NCBI RefSeq assembly: GCF_009914755.1 | Contig: NC_060925.1 | DNA: 64,000 nucleotides | DNA from: the human T2T-CHM13v2.0 reference genome, Homo sapiens | Strand: one strand, 5' to 3' | Program-made: the position numbers and the translations under genes | Part shown: piece after piece, positions 40,567-55,810 of the stretch | How the letters are laid out: the number at the start of each line of letters is the position of its first letter | How positions within the stretch are numbered: the first letter of the stretch is position 1 | The notes under the pieces: model-generated | Database searches by the model: none | What the model was told of the DNA's origin: nothing | The model's input: only the letters and a program-made list of their open reading frames with translations

Positions 40567-41249
40567 ATGGTTTTATGTTCTTATAAATAAAATGAAGAAT
40601 ATAAGTTTGAAAAAATTTGTACATGGTAGGTGTATATTTTGGGGTACATGAGATATTTGATATTTTGATACAGATACACAATGCATAATAATCACATCAG
40701 GGTAAATGGGATATCCATCACCTCAAGCATTTATTCTTTGTGTTACAAACAATTCAATTATGCCCTTTTAGATATTTTTATTTATTTATTTTATTTGTCC
40801 ATAAGTTGTTGGGGTACCGGTGGTATTTGGTTACATGAGTAAATTCTTTAGTGGTGATCTGTGAGATTTTGGTGCACCCCATCACCTATGTATAAACTGC
40901 ACCATATTTGTAGTCTTTTATCTCTTGCCCCTCTCCCACTCTTCCCCCCAAGTCCCCAAAGTCCATTTTATCATTCTTATGCCTTTGCATTCTCATAGCT
41001 TAGCCCCCACATATCAGTGAGAACATACGATGTTTGGTTTTCCATTCCTGAGTCACTTCACTTAGAATAATAGTCTCCAATCTCATTCAGGTCACTGAAA
41101 ATGGTGTTAATTCATTCCTTTTTGTGGCTGTGTAGTATTCCATCATATATATATATGTTTCTTTATCCATTCATTGATTGATGGGTATTTGGGTTGGTTC
41201 CACAATTTTGCAATTGTGAATTGTGCTGCTATAAACATGTGTGTGCAAG

Positions 41250-42551
41250 TATCTTTTTCAAATAATGACTTATTTTCCTCTGGGTAGATACCCAGTAGTG
41301 GGATTGCTGGATCAAATGGTAGTTCTACTTTCTTTAAGAAATCACCACACTGTTTTCCATAGTGGCTGTACTAGTTTACATTCCCAGCAGCAGTGTAGAA
41401 ATGTTCCCTGTTCACTGCATCCACAGCAACATCTACTGTTTTTTTTATTTTTCGATTATGGCCATTCTTGCAGAAGATACATTGTTGGATTCAGTTAGCT
41501 AGTATTTTGTTAAGGATTTTAGCATTGTGGTTTTGATTTGCATTTCCCTGATCATTAGTGATGCTGAGCATTTTTTCATGTTTGTTGGCCATTTGTATAC
41601 ATTCTTTTGAGAACGGTCTATTCATGTCCTTGGCCGATTTTTGATGGGATTGTTTGTTATTTTCTTACTGATTTGTTTGATTTTGTTGTAGATCCGGGAT
41701 ATTAGTCCTTTGTCAGATGTATAGATGGTGAAGATTTTCACCCACTCTGTGGGTTGCCTGTTTACTCTGCTGACTGTTCCTTTTGCCATGCAAAAGCTCT
41801 TTAGTTTAATTAGGTCCCAGCTATTTATCTTTGTTTTTATTGCATTTGCTTTCGGGTTCTTAGTCATGAAATCCTTGCCTAAGCCAATGTCTAGAAGGGT
41901 TTTTCCAGTGTTGTCTTCTGGAATTTTTATAGTTTCAGGTCTTAGATTTAAGTCCTTAATCCATCTTGAGTTAATTTTTGTATAAGGTGAGAGATGAAGA
42001 TCCACTTTCATTCTCCTACAGGTGGGTAGCCAAGTATCCCAGTACCATTTGTTGAAAAGGGTGTCCTTTCCCCACTTCGTGTTTTTGTTTGCTTTGTCGA
42101 AGATCAGTTGACTGTAAGTATTTGGGTTTATTTCTGGGTTCTCTATTCTGTTCCGTTGGTCTATGTGCCTACTTTTATACCAGTGCCATGCTGTTTTAGT
42201 GACTGTGGCCTTATAGTATAGTTTGAAATCATGTAGTGTGATGCCTCCAGATTTGTTCTTTTTGCTTAGTCCTGCTTTGGCTATGTGGGCTCTTTTTTGG
42301 TTCCACATGAATTTTAGAATTGTTTTTTTCTAATTCTCTGTAGAATTATGGTGGTATTCTGATGGGGATTGTGTTGAATTTGTAGATTGCTTTTGGCAGT
42401 ATGGTCATTTTCACAACATTGATTCTACCCATCCATGAGCATGGGATGTGTTTCCATTTGTTCATGTTGTCTATGATTTCTTTCATCAGTGTTTTGTAGT
42501 TTTCCTTGTAGAGGTCTTTCAGCTCCTTTGTTAGGTATATTCCTAAGTGTT

Positions 42552-42582
<31 letters not shown>

Positions 42583-44881
42583 TTTTGCAGCTATTATAAA
42601 AGGGGTTGAGTTCTTGATTTAATTCTCTGCTTGGTTGCTGTTGGTGTACAGGAGAGCTACTGATTTGTGTACATTAATGTTGTATCCAGAAACTTTGCTG
42701 CTGAATTCTTTTACCAGTTCTAGGAGCTTTCTGGAGAAGTCTTTAGGGTTTTCAAGGTAAATGATCATATTATCAGCAAGCAGTGACAGTTTGACTTTCT
42801 CTTTACCAATTTGGATGCCTTTTATTTCTTTCCCTTGTCTGATTGCCCTGGCTAGGACTTCCAGTACTATGTTGAAGAGGAGTGGTGAGAGTGGGTATCC
42901 TTGCCTTGTTCCAGTTCTCAGACGGAATGCTTTCAACTTTTCCCCATTCAGTATTATATCGGCTGTGGGTTTGTCATAGATGGCTTTTATTACATTAAGG
43001 TATGTCCCTGGTATGCTGATTTTGCTGAGAGTTTTAATCATAAAGGGATGCTGGATTTTATCAAATGCTTTCTTTGCATCTATTGAGATTATCGTGTGAT
43101 TTTTGTTTTTAATTCTCTTTATGTGGTGTATCACATTTATTGACTTGCGTATGTTAAACCACCCTGCATCCCTGGTATGAAACCCACTTGATCATGGTGG
43201 GTTATCTTTTTGATATGTTGTTGAATTCAGTGAGCTAGTATTTTGTTAAGGATTTTAGCATCTATGTTCATCAAGGACATCGTTTGATAGTTTTCCTTTT
43301 TATTATCCTCTTTCCTGGTTTTGGTATTAAGGTGATGCTGGCTTCTTAGAATGAATTAGGGAGGGTTCTTTCTTTCACTGTCTTGTGGAATAGTGTCAAG
43401 AGGATTTGTACCAATTCTTCTTTGACTGTCCGGTAGAATTCTGCTGTGAATCCGTCTGATCCTGGACTTTTTTTTCTGTTGGTAATTTTTAAATTACCAT
43501 TTCAATCTTGCTGCTTGTTATTGGTCTGTTCAGGGTATCTAATTCTTCCTGATTTAAGCTAGGGGGGTTATATTTTCCCAGGAATTTATCCATCTCTTCT
43601 AGGTTTTCTAGTTTATGTGTGTAAAGATGTTAATAGTAGCCTTGAATAATCTTTTGTATTTCTGTGGTGTCAGTTGTAATATCTCCTGTTTCATTTCTTA
43701 GTGAGGTTATTTGGATTTCCTCTCTTCTTTTCTTGGTTAATCTTGCTAATGATCTATCAATTCTATTTATCTTTTCAAAGAACTAGCTTTTTGTTTCATT
43801 TGTCTTTTGTGGTTTTTTTTGTTGTTTCTTTCAATTTCATTTCATTCTGCTCTGATCTTGGTTATTTCCTTTCTTCTGCATTTGGGTTTGGTTTGTTCTT
43901 GTTTCTCTAGTTCCTTGAGGTGTGACCTTAGATTGCCTGTCTGTGCTCTTTCAGACTTTTTGATGTAGGCGTTTAGGGCTCTGAACTTTCCTCTTAGCAC
44001 TGCCTTTGCTGTATCACAGAGGTTTTGATAGGTTGTGTCATTATTGTCATTCAATTTAAAGAATTTTTAAATTTCCATCTTGATTTCGTTTTTGACCCAG
44101 TGCTCATTTAGGAGCAGGTTATTTAATTTCCATGTATTTGCATGGTTTTGAAGGCTCCTTTTGGAGTTGATGTCCAGTTTTATTCCGCTGTGGTCTGAGA
44201 GAGTGCTTGATATAATTTCAGTTTTCTTAAATTTATTGAGGCTCGTTTTATGGCCTATCATATGGTCTATCTTGGAGAAAGTTCCGTGAGCTGTTTAATA
44301 GAATGTGTATTCTGTGGTTGTTGGATGAAATGTTCTGGATATATCTGCTAAGTCTATTTGTTCCAAGCTATGGTTTAAATCCATTGTTTCTTTGTGGACT
44401 TTCTGTCTTGATGACCTGTCTAGTGCTGTCAGTGGAGTATTGAAATGCCCCACTATTATTGAGTTGCTGTCTATCTCATTTCTTAGGTCTATTAGTAATT
44501 GTTTTATAAATTTGGGAGCTCCAGTGTTAGGTGCATATATGTTTAGGGTTGTGATATTTTCCTGTTGGACAAGGCCTTTTACCATTTTATACTGTCCCTC
44601 TTTGTGTCTTTTAACCACTGTTGCTTTAAAGTTTGTTTTGTCTGATATAAAAATAACTACCCCTGCTGCTTTTGGTGTCCATTTGCATGAAATGCCTTTT
44701 TCCACCCCTTTACTTTAAGTTTATGTAAGTCCTTATGTGTTAGATGAGTCTCCTGAAGGCAGCAGATAGTTGGTGTGTGAGTTCTTATCCATTCTGCAGT
44801 TCTGTATATTTTAAATGAAGCATTTAGGCCATTTACATTCAATGTTAGTATTGAAAAGTGAGGTACCATTGTTTTCATCAT
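41250..44881 (-). pseudogene. L1 ORF2 (endonuclease/reverse transcriptase), disrupted
   Basis: Fragments [72 protein letters not shown] (YADD motif decayed), [12 protein letters not shown]. Confidence 0.92.
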
Positions 44882-44949
44882 GCTCTTTGTTGCCTGTGTA
44901 CTCTGGTTTTTTTTTTTTTTTGGTTTTTGCTTTTCAACTTGTATTTTGT

Positions 44950-45960
44950 TTTATATGTTCCTGTGTGATTTATGCTATAAAGAGGTTCTGTTTTGATGTG
45001 TTTCCAGGATTTAAGATTTAGAGCTCCTTTTAGCAATTCTTGTAATGGTGGTTTTTGTTTGCCTGAAAACGACCGTATCTTTCCTTCATATATGATGCTT
45101 AGTTTCACTGGTTACAAAATTCTTGGCTGATAATTGTTTTGTTTGAGGAGGTTAAAGATAGGTCCCCAACCCATTCTAGCTTGTAGGGTTTCAGCTGAGA
45201 AATCTGCTGTTAATCTGTTAGGTTTTCCTTTATAGGTTACCTGGGGGGCTTCTGTATCACAGCTCTTAAGATTCTTTCCTTCGTCTTAACTTTGGATAAC
45301 CTGATGACAATATGCCTAGGTGAAGATCTTTTTGCGATGAATTTCCCAAGTATTCTTTGTGCTTCTTGTATTTGGCTGTCTAGGTCTCTCACAAGGCCAG
45401 AGAAGTTTTCCTCAATTATTCCCCCAAGTATGTTTTCCAGGCTTTTAGAATTCTCTTCTTCCTCAGGTATACTGATTATTCTTAAGTTTGATCACTTAAC
45501 ATAATCCAAGACTTCTTGAAGGCTTTGTTCATATTTTCTTATGCTTTTTTTCTTTGTCTTTGTTGGATGGGGTTAATTCAAAGACTTTGTCTTTGAGCTC
45601 TGAATTCCTTTCTTTGACTTGTTCAATTCTATTGCTGAGACTTACCAGAGCATTTTGCATTTTTAAAAGTGTGTCCAAAGTTTCCTGGATTTTTTATTGT
45701 TTTTTCTTTAAGCTAATCTATTTCCATGAATATTTCTCCCTTCACTTCTTGTATCACTTTTTTGATTTCCTTGCATTGGGCTTTGCCTTTCTCTGGTCCC
45801 TCCCTGATTAGCTTAATAACTAACCTCCTGAATTCTTTTTCAGGTAAATTAGGGATTTCTTCTTGGTTTGGATCCATTGCTGGTGAACTAGGGTGATTTT
45901 GGGGGGGCAGTGTTAAAGAGCCTTGCTTTGTCATATTACCAGCGTTGGTTTTCTGGTTCC
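44950..45960 (-). pseudogene. L1 ORF1, disrupted
   Basis: MRRNQKTNAGNM..LPEKEFRRLVIKLI; KLSIIYEGKIRSFS..PPLQELLKGAL. Confidence 0.85.
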
Positions 45961-47431
45961 TTCTCATTTGTTTATGCTCTGTCAGAGGGAAGGTCTGAGG
46001 CTGAAGGCTGTTTTTCAGATTCTTTTGTCCCACGGGGTGTTCCCTTGATATAGTACTCTCTCCCTTTTCCTATGGATATGGTTTCCTGTGAGCTGAATTG
46101 CAGTGGTTGTTGTCTCTCTTCTTGGTCCAGTCACCCAATGTGTCTACCTGGCTCCAGGCTGGTACTGGGGGTTGTTTGCACAGAGTCCTGTGATGTGAAC
46201 CATCTATGGGTCTCTCAGCCATGGATACCAGCGCCTATTCTGGTGGAGGTGGCAGAGGGTGCAATGGACTCCATGAGGGTCCCTAGCTTTGGTAGTTTAG
46301 TACTCTATTTTTGTGTTGGTTGGCCTCCTGCCAGGAGGTGGCGCTTTCCAGAAAGCATCAGCTGTAGTAGTGGGGAGAGGGACCAGAGGTGAGCAGGGCT
46401 TTAGAACTCCCAAGATTGTATGCCCTTTGTCTTCCACTACCAGGGTGGGTAGGTAAGGGCCATCAGATGGGGGTGGAGCTAGGCTTGTCTGAGTTCAGAC
46501 TCTCCTTGAGTGGGTCTTTCTGTGGCTGCTGTAGGGGATGGGGATAAGTTTCCCAGGTCACTGGAGTTGTGTACCTAGGAGGATTATGGTGCCTAGGTCA
46601 TGCAGGTTTTCAGGGAAGTGGGGGAAAGCTGGCAGTGACAGGCCTCACCTAGCTCCTATGCAAACTGAAAGGGTAGTCTCCCACCGTGCCCCTGCCAACA
46701 GCCCCAAGTCTGTTGCCAGGCGGAAGGCAAGATGGGCTTTATGGTAGCTCTATAAAATATAATTTGAAGTCAGGCAATGTGATTCCTCCAGTTTTGTTCT
46801 TTTTGCTTAGAATAGCTTTGGCTATTCTGAGTCTTTTGTGATTCCATATAAATTTTAGGATTATTTTTTCTATTTTTGCAAAGAATGTCATTGGCATTTT
46901 GATAGGGATTGCATTGAATCTGTAAATTGCCTTGGGTAATATCGACATTTTAACAATATTGATTCTTCCAATCTATGTACATGGAATATCTTTCCATTTT
47001 TTGTGTGTTCTCTTAAATTTCTTGCATTAATTTTTATAGTCTTCATTGTAAAGATCTTTCACTTCTTTGGTTAATTCCTAGGCTTTTAATTTTATTTGCA
47101 GCTATTGTAAATGAGATTACTTTTTTGTTTTATTTTTCAGATTGTTCACTGTTGACATATAGAAATGCTACTGATTTTTGTATGTTGATTTTGTATCCTG
47201 CAACTTTATTGAATTCATGTTTATCAGTTCCAATAGTTTTTTGATGGAGTCTTTAGGTTTTTCCAAATATAAAAGCATATTATCTGCAAACAAAGATAAT
47301 TTGACTTCTTTCTTTCTAATTTGGATTCCTTTTATTTCTTTCTCTTGTTTGATTGCTCTAGCTAGGACATCCAGTACTATGTTGAGTAACAGTGGTGAAA
47401 GTAGCCATCCTTTTCACGTTCCAAATCTTAG

Positions 47432-47791
<360 letters not shown>

Positions 47792-48054
47792 TAAGGATTT
47801 TGATTTTTATCATGAAGGAAGGGATCTTGAATTTTGTCAAGTGCTTTTTCAGCATCATATGGCTTTTGTCCTTCATTCTGTTGATGTTATGTGTCACATA
47901 AATTGATTTGCATTTATTGAATCATCCTTAGGATAAATGCCACTTGATCATGAAGAATGATCTTTTAAATTTGTTGTAGATTTCAGTTTGCTAGTATTTT
48001 GTGGAGGATTTTTGCATCAGTGTTCATCAGGGGGATATTGGCCTGTACTTTTAT

Positions 48055-48057
48055 TTC

Positions 48058-48119
<62 letters not shown>

Positions 48120-48150
48120 TTTCTTTCTTTCTTGTTTCTTTCTCTCTTTT
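48055..48150. repeat. (TTTC)n microsatellite
   Basis: Seen directly. Confidence 0.95.
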
Positions 48151-48471
48151 GACATGTCTTTGTCTGGTTTTTGTATCAAGGTAATACTGGCCACATAGAA
48201 TGAGTTCAGAAGTATTCTTTCCTCCTCTAGTTTTCAGAATAGGTTGAGTAGGATTGGTATTAGTTCTTCTGTAAATGTTTGGTAAGATTCAACAGTGAAG
48301 CCACTGGGTGCTGAGCTTTTCTTTGCTGAAAGACTTTTTATTATGGCCTCAGTCTTGTTACACGTTGTCTGTTCAGGTTTTGGATTTCTTCATGGTTCGA
48401 TCCTGATAAATTATATGTGTCTAAGAATTTATTCATTTCTTCCGGATTTCCCAACTGATTGGCATATATAG

Positions 48472-48826
<355 letters not shown>

Positions 48827-51800
48827 TGATAAGTAAGGGCTTACTTCTGCCATTCTGTTATTTGTTTTCTGGTTTTGTGGTCTTCTCTTCCTTCTTTCCT
48901 TCCTTCCTGTCGTCCTTTCAGTGAAGGTGATTTTCTTAGGTGGAAGGTTACTTTTTGTGTATCTGTTGTATGTTTTTTGATTTGAGGTTACCATGAAGCT
49001 TGCAAATGATATCTTATAATCCATTATTTTAAACTGATGACAACTTAACATTAATTGCATAAACAAACTAATAAACAAGCAGAGAAAACTAATACAAACT
49101 CTGCACTTTAACTTTATCCCTCTGCTTTTTGACTTTTACTTGTTTCTTGTTTCTATTTATATCTTCTTATACTCTCTATGTCTGGAAAAGTTGTTGTAGT
49201 TATGATTCTTTGAGAGGTTCATCTTTTAGTCTTTCTACTCAATATATGAGTAGTTTGCACACCACAATTAGTGTTATAATATTCTGTGTATTTCTGTGTA
49301 CTTACTATTACCAGTGAGTTTTGTACCTTCAAATGATTTCTTATTGCTCATTAGCATCCTTTTCTTTCAGATTGAAGAAATCCCTTTAGCATTTCTTGTA
49401 GAACAGGTCTGGTGTTAATAAAATCTTTTTTTTTGGCGGGGGGTGTCTGGGAAAGCCTTTATTTCTCCTTCATGTTTGTAGAATATTTTCACTAGATATG
49501 CTATTCTAGGATAAAATTTTTTTCCTTCAGCACTTTAAATCTTGCCACTCTCTCCTGGTCTGTAAGATTTCCACTGAGAAGTTTCCTGCCAGACGAATTG
49601 GAGCTCCTTTGTATGTTATTTGCTTCTTTTGCTGCTTTTAGGATCATTTCTATATCCTTCACCTGTGGGAGTTGATTATTGAATGCCTTGAGGTAGTCTT
49701 ATTTGAGTTAAATTGGTGCTCTATAACCTTCTTGTACTATGTTGATATGTTTCTCTAGATTTGGGGAGTTCTCTATTATTATCCATTTGAATAAACTTTC
49801 TACCCCCATCTCCCTCTCTACCTCCTCTTTAAGGCCAATAACTCTTAGATTTGCCTTTTTGAAGCTATTTTCTAGATCTTGTTGGTGTGCTTCATTCTTT
49901 TATATTCTTTTTTATTTTGTCTCCTCTGACTGTGTGTTTTCAAATAACCTGTCTTCAAGCTCACTAATTCTTTCTTCTGCTTGATCAATTCTGCTGTTAA
50001 GAGACTCTGATACATTCTTCAGTATGTCAATCACATTTTTCAGCTCCAGAATTTCTGCTGATTCTTTTTATTTCAATCTCTTTGTTAAATTTCTTTAATT
50101 GGATTCTGAATTCCTTCTCTGTGTTATCTTGGATTTTGTTGAGCTTCCTCAAAACAGCTATTTTGAACTCTCAGTCTAAAAGGTAATATATCTGTGTCTC
50201 TCTAGGACTGGTCCGTGGTGCCTTATTTAGTTCATTGGTGACATCATGTTTCCCCGGATGGCCTTGATGCTTGTGGGTGTTCATCAGCATCTGGGCATGG
50301 AAGAGATAGGTATTTATTGTAGTCTTCACAGTCTGGACTTGTTTGTACCCATCCTTCTTGGGAAGGTTTTATAGGTATTTGAAGGGACTTGGATGTTGTG
50401 ATCTGTCTTCGATCACTGCAGCTGTATCTGCACTGGGGGTACTCCAAGTCTAGTAACACTATGGCTCTTGCAAACTTGTAGAAGTACCGCCTTGGTGGTC
50501 TTGGGTAAGGTCCAGAAGAATTCTCTGGATTACCAGGCAGAGACTCTTGTTCTCCTCCCTTACTTTCCCCCCAAAAAATAGAATCTTTCTCTGTGCTGAG
50601 CTGTCTGGAGCTGGGGGAGGGGTGACATAAGCAGCCTGATGGCCATCACCACTGGGACTGTGCTGTGCATCAGCACAGCACTGGGTCTTGCCCAAGGCCT
50701 GCAGCAATCACTGCCTGGCTACCATCTATATTCACTCAAGGCCCAAGGCCTCTACAATCATGCGGTGGCAAATCCAGCCAAGATTGTGTCCTTAAGAATG
50801 GTGAGATCCTCCTGGCCCCAGGTGGGTTGACAGATGCTGTCTGGGAGCTAGGGCCTGGAGTCAGGAATCAGGAATCTACCCTGTGTTCCATTCTACTGCA
50901 GCTGAGCTGGCACCCAAGCCACAAGACAAAGTCCTTCCCACTCTTCCCTCCCCTTTCCTGAAGCAGAGGAGTCTCTCCCCATGGCCACCACCACCCCAGG
51001 CCCATGGCAAGTACTTCCTAGCCACTGCCGATGTTCACTCAAGGCCCAAGGACTCTTCAATCAACTTGTGGTGTCAGTCCTGAGCCTCTCCCTTCAGGGA
51101 AATGGGTTTCCCTGCGGCCCAGGGCAGTTATAGAAATGCCATCCAGGAGCCAAGTCCTGGAATTAGAGACCCCAGAAGCCCATTTGTTGCCCTACCCCCA
51201 CTTTGGTAAAGCTGGTACCCAAGCTGCAAGACAAAGTCCCCTTTACTCTTCCCTCTCCCTTTCTCAAGGAGGGAGGGGGTCTCGCTCCATAGCCACCACA
51301 GCTGGAGATATGCTGGGTCACGTCTGAAGCCAGCATTTCTCTGAGTTTAACCCAAGGCTTATAGCAAATACAGCCCGGCTGCTGCTGCTAATTATTCAGG
51401 GCCCATAGGCTCTCTAGTCATCAGGTGATGAATTCTGCCAGGCCTGGCTCCTTTCCTTCAAAGGCAATAGTTTCTCTTCTGGCCCAGGGTATGCTAGAAA
51501 TGACTTCCAGGATTTAGAGCCTGGAATGGGGGACCTCAGGACTCTTCCTGGTTTCTTATTCTACTGTGGTTGAACTGATATCCAAGTGGCAAGACAAAGT
51601 CCTCTTTACTCTCCCCTCTCCTCTCCTCAAGCAGAGAGAAGGAGTCTCTCCCTGAGCTGCACTGCCTGTGGCTGGGGAAGGGATGATGCAAGCACTCTTT
51701 TGGCCACCCCAGCTAGTATCTCATTAGGTCATGTGCACCCCAAGTCCACTGCTCTGAGTCCAGCACAGCACCAGGACTTGCCAAGGAATTGCAATTCTTG

Positions 51801-54143
51801 CGGCCTAAATTGCCATTCAAGTTTATTTAGGATCCCAGGGTGCTTTAGCCCATGGTTGCAGGATCTGCTGGAACTCAAGTTCTCATCACCAAGATGGACA
51901 ATTTGCCCCTGGCTAGGGCTGGTCTAAATACTCCCTCTTTGGGTGTTGGCTGAGTTTTACCTTGTGTTGTTTTCTGCTGTGACACGGCAGCACTGAGTTC
52001 CAATGCAAAGTCCCACAATCAGTGTGCTCTCACTCCCCACTGTGCTCTCACTCCCTCAACATTCTCTCACTCCCCTATTCTCTCTTCGTTCCATGAGGCC
52101 ACTGCTAGAGGATGGAGAAGGATCGTATAGCTGACTCAAGACTGTCTTTCCTACCCTCTTCAGTGCCCCTTTTCTTAATATGATGTTAAAACCAGGGACT
52201 GTGGTCACTCACCTGATTTTTGGTTCTTATGAACATGCTTTTTTTCTGTGGATAGATGTTCTGTTTGGTGTTTCGTGGGAGGGACAATCGCTGGAGGCTT
52301 CTATTCAGCCATCTTGTTCCACCTTCTCATCTCTATTTCTTTATATTGATTTGTGAACATCTTCAAAACCCTGCATCCTTGAGAATCTTCAGTCCTTCAG
52401 TGTCATTTGAATAGTTCAGCTGGATCTCACTGGTTTATTCCTTTAAACAAATAAAATATCATACCTTTTCCACTAGGCTACAGAACCAATAAAGCAAGGA
52501 GGGGTAAAACGGGAAAGAATTTGAGTGGAAACCTCTGAGGAAAAATGTGGTTTCCATGGCGGAAGAAAAGTTGACATTTCATTAAATTGTATTAGACAAT
52601 AAACTTATTGGGTGTTAGATTACCTCTCCCCAAAGTCCTATAAAACACCCAGGATAGTATAATTTACCTGTCAGGAGGTCTTCAAGTATTTGTTGATTAT
52701 TGCAGGCTGAATCTTCCCTTAGCTGATGAAGGTGGGGTGAAGTCACTTTAAGAATTTAACTTTAAATCTGTTCTAGTATTATTCCTTACCTGCCATATGG
52801 CATATCTACATCACCTTCTTTTTTTGCATCTCTCTGGGAGTTCCAAGGTGGGGTTGGAATGTCTTGAATATTATTTGAGCTGTTTCCCAATCGTCTTTCC
52901 CTTCTCAGTCCTCTGGCTGTTGTTTCTGTTGTCTAGAGTGTGCTGTTATTCTGCTCAACCATATTGATGCCCTCTGGATTGGACTGAGAGGGCTCAGTAA
53001 TGTTAATCCTCTCTTCTACACAAGATCTGAACCCCCTGAGAAATAAGACAAAGGACTAACATGGAAAGAGGCCAAGATAGCATCTTCGTTACTGACAAAA
53101 CTAAGTTGAAGGACCTAGCTTTTACCCGTGGCCTCGTGCACCTTCTACTGTTTGAATCAGGCCTACTTGGCCACCCAGTCCCAGGAAGGACTGAAGCCCC
53201 TCTGCAGATTTCCCCTTGGAGGATCAGTTTCCTAGGCGATTTGTCATGGAGAGGTAGAACACAGTGTGTGACTCGGGGAGCTTACTCTCAGAAGGAATAA
53301 GGAAGAAACTGAGCTGACTATGCCCAGTTTATTCTGCCCAAATTTACAGATCAGTTAAGTTTTTCCAGCTCTCCTGGAAGGGAGTGAATAAAGGAGCAGA
53401 GGGAGGCCAAGAGTGTCACTCTTATCAAGCTCAGCCCACAAAATTTAGAACCTCAAGAGTGGTGGAGAAGTATTTACCCTCCAATACCACACAGTGTTTT
53501 TCTGAAAGGCCCCAACATGGTCTTTGGCCTCTAATGCCACTGGGGTTTCCTGACTGTAGACCTCTGATATTTACCTCTCTCTCTGACCAATTCATTTCTC
53601 TCTCCTTCACCTTTTCATGTGCTGTTCCTTTCATAAAGCAGAGGGCCACAGTAAAATTAGAGTAGGAGGATGGCTAGAATTATAATTCTAGATGGAATAT
53701 TTGTTATTGTTTGGTTTTTTTTTTTTTTTGTAACCAGTTTATTGAATGGTCTAAACTCAGTAGAGTTCAAACATAAAAAAAATTATTTCTTCCAGTGACT
53801 GCTCCTCCTAAAAAAGTTCTGGTGAGCTCACCTTCCCTCCCCTAAATGATATTTTAGGTAAAACTTTATGGTTATTTTTGGGTATAAAAATATTCAGTAT
53901 AATACAATTGATCCAGTTTAAAACTTCAAACTCATATCCAACTTAATTCTCTTCCTCCTAACTAAGGGAGTGTGCTTTTCTCTTTCATTTTTCTTCCTTC
54001 CTCTCCTGGCTTTCCTTTTCTTCTCCACTATTTTTGGGCCTTAAAAACAGGTGGGGAAGAGGGAATAAAATTCTTCTATTTAAGTGGGTCTATTTGGTCC
54101 TTCCTTCCTTGGAGGTCAGTAGCTATTTATGGCAGAAGTCTAA

Positions 54144-55030
<887 letters not shown>

Positions 55031-55309
55031 TATATCTGAGATCATCTTCTTAATGTACTCCAAACCACTCTGCCTTCAGGCCCTTGTTGCTAAGTGTGGA
55101 CCACAGTGACAGACTTCCACCCCATTTCCTCTAGACCCAGTGACCCTCTCTGTGATGTCTTCCTGTTTCCATTTTACCATCCACCAAACATGTCTGTAGA
55201 TACCTGAACCCCAATTGGAAACATGTTTTCATGTTCTTTCTTACTGTGACACATGCCATTCAAATCACTGGTAAGTGATGCATGTGTCACCTTAGGATGC
55301 CTGTGGAAC

Positions 55310-55810
55310 ACATCGTAGGGACACCACACCTAATCCATGTAGAGAGGGAAGAGTTGGGAAAGGCTGCCTGTATGACAGTGATGCCTGATAAGAGTTCTGA
55401 AAGAGTAGGGGTAGTTTGTGGATAGGTGTCATAAGCAACAAGAACTAGAAGAGAAGAGAAGAGGGACCTGATGCATTTACAGAACAGCAAATAGGACACT
55501 ATTGCTTGAGAGTCAAGTGTGGGCAGAAGTGTGGGATATTTTTAGAATATGAGGCTACAGGGGTAAACAAGAAGCAAATGATGTAGGCCTTTGTATACTT
55601 TGACTTTATCTTGAGGCCAAATGGGATTTCATGGAGAACTTTAAGCAAGGAAGTGTGACCCAAACCAATCTGCATTTGCAAAAGACAATTCTGACAGCTG
55701 GTGAAGCGTGCATTGAAGCAAACAAGACCAGGCCCTGCCAGGACAGTTGGGAGGTAATTGGAGAAACCTAAGGGAAAAAAAATTAAGGTCCAGAAGTAAA
55801 ATGATAGAAC
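55310..55810 (-). mobile_element. L2 fragment
   Basis: 'tgtaggcctt...tttgactttatcttgagg.caatggg...tttaagcaagg...tgcatttgcaaaagacaattctgacagc'. Confidence 0.75.

Larger units (their letters stand above)
40781..46740 (-). mobile_element. Near-full-length L1PB (L1PB1-like), inactive
   Basis: L1PB 3'UTR 'ggtatttggttacatgagtaa.ttctttagtggtg'; broken ORF2 and ORF1; partial 5'UTR. Confidence 0.92.

Noticed and set aside
41622-44881. ORFs with endonuclease and reverse transcriptase motifs as a novel RT system
   Set aside because: Ordinary L1 ORF2 broken by stops and frameshifts, with a decayed catalytic motif
50850-51660. Three ~300-360-bp related units containing caagacaaagtcc, resembling a regular array
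   Set aside because: They lie in the L1MA 5'UTR, where internal repeats are expected; not CRISPR-like
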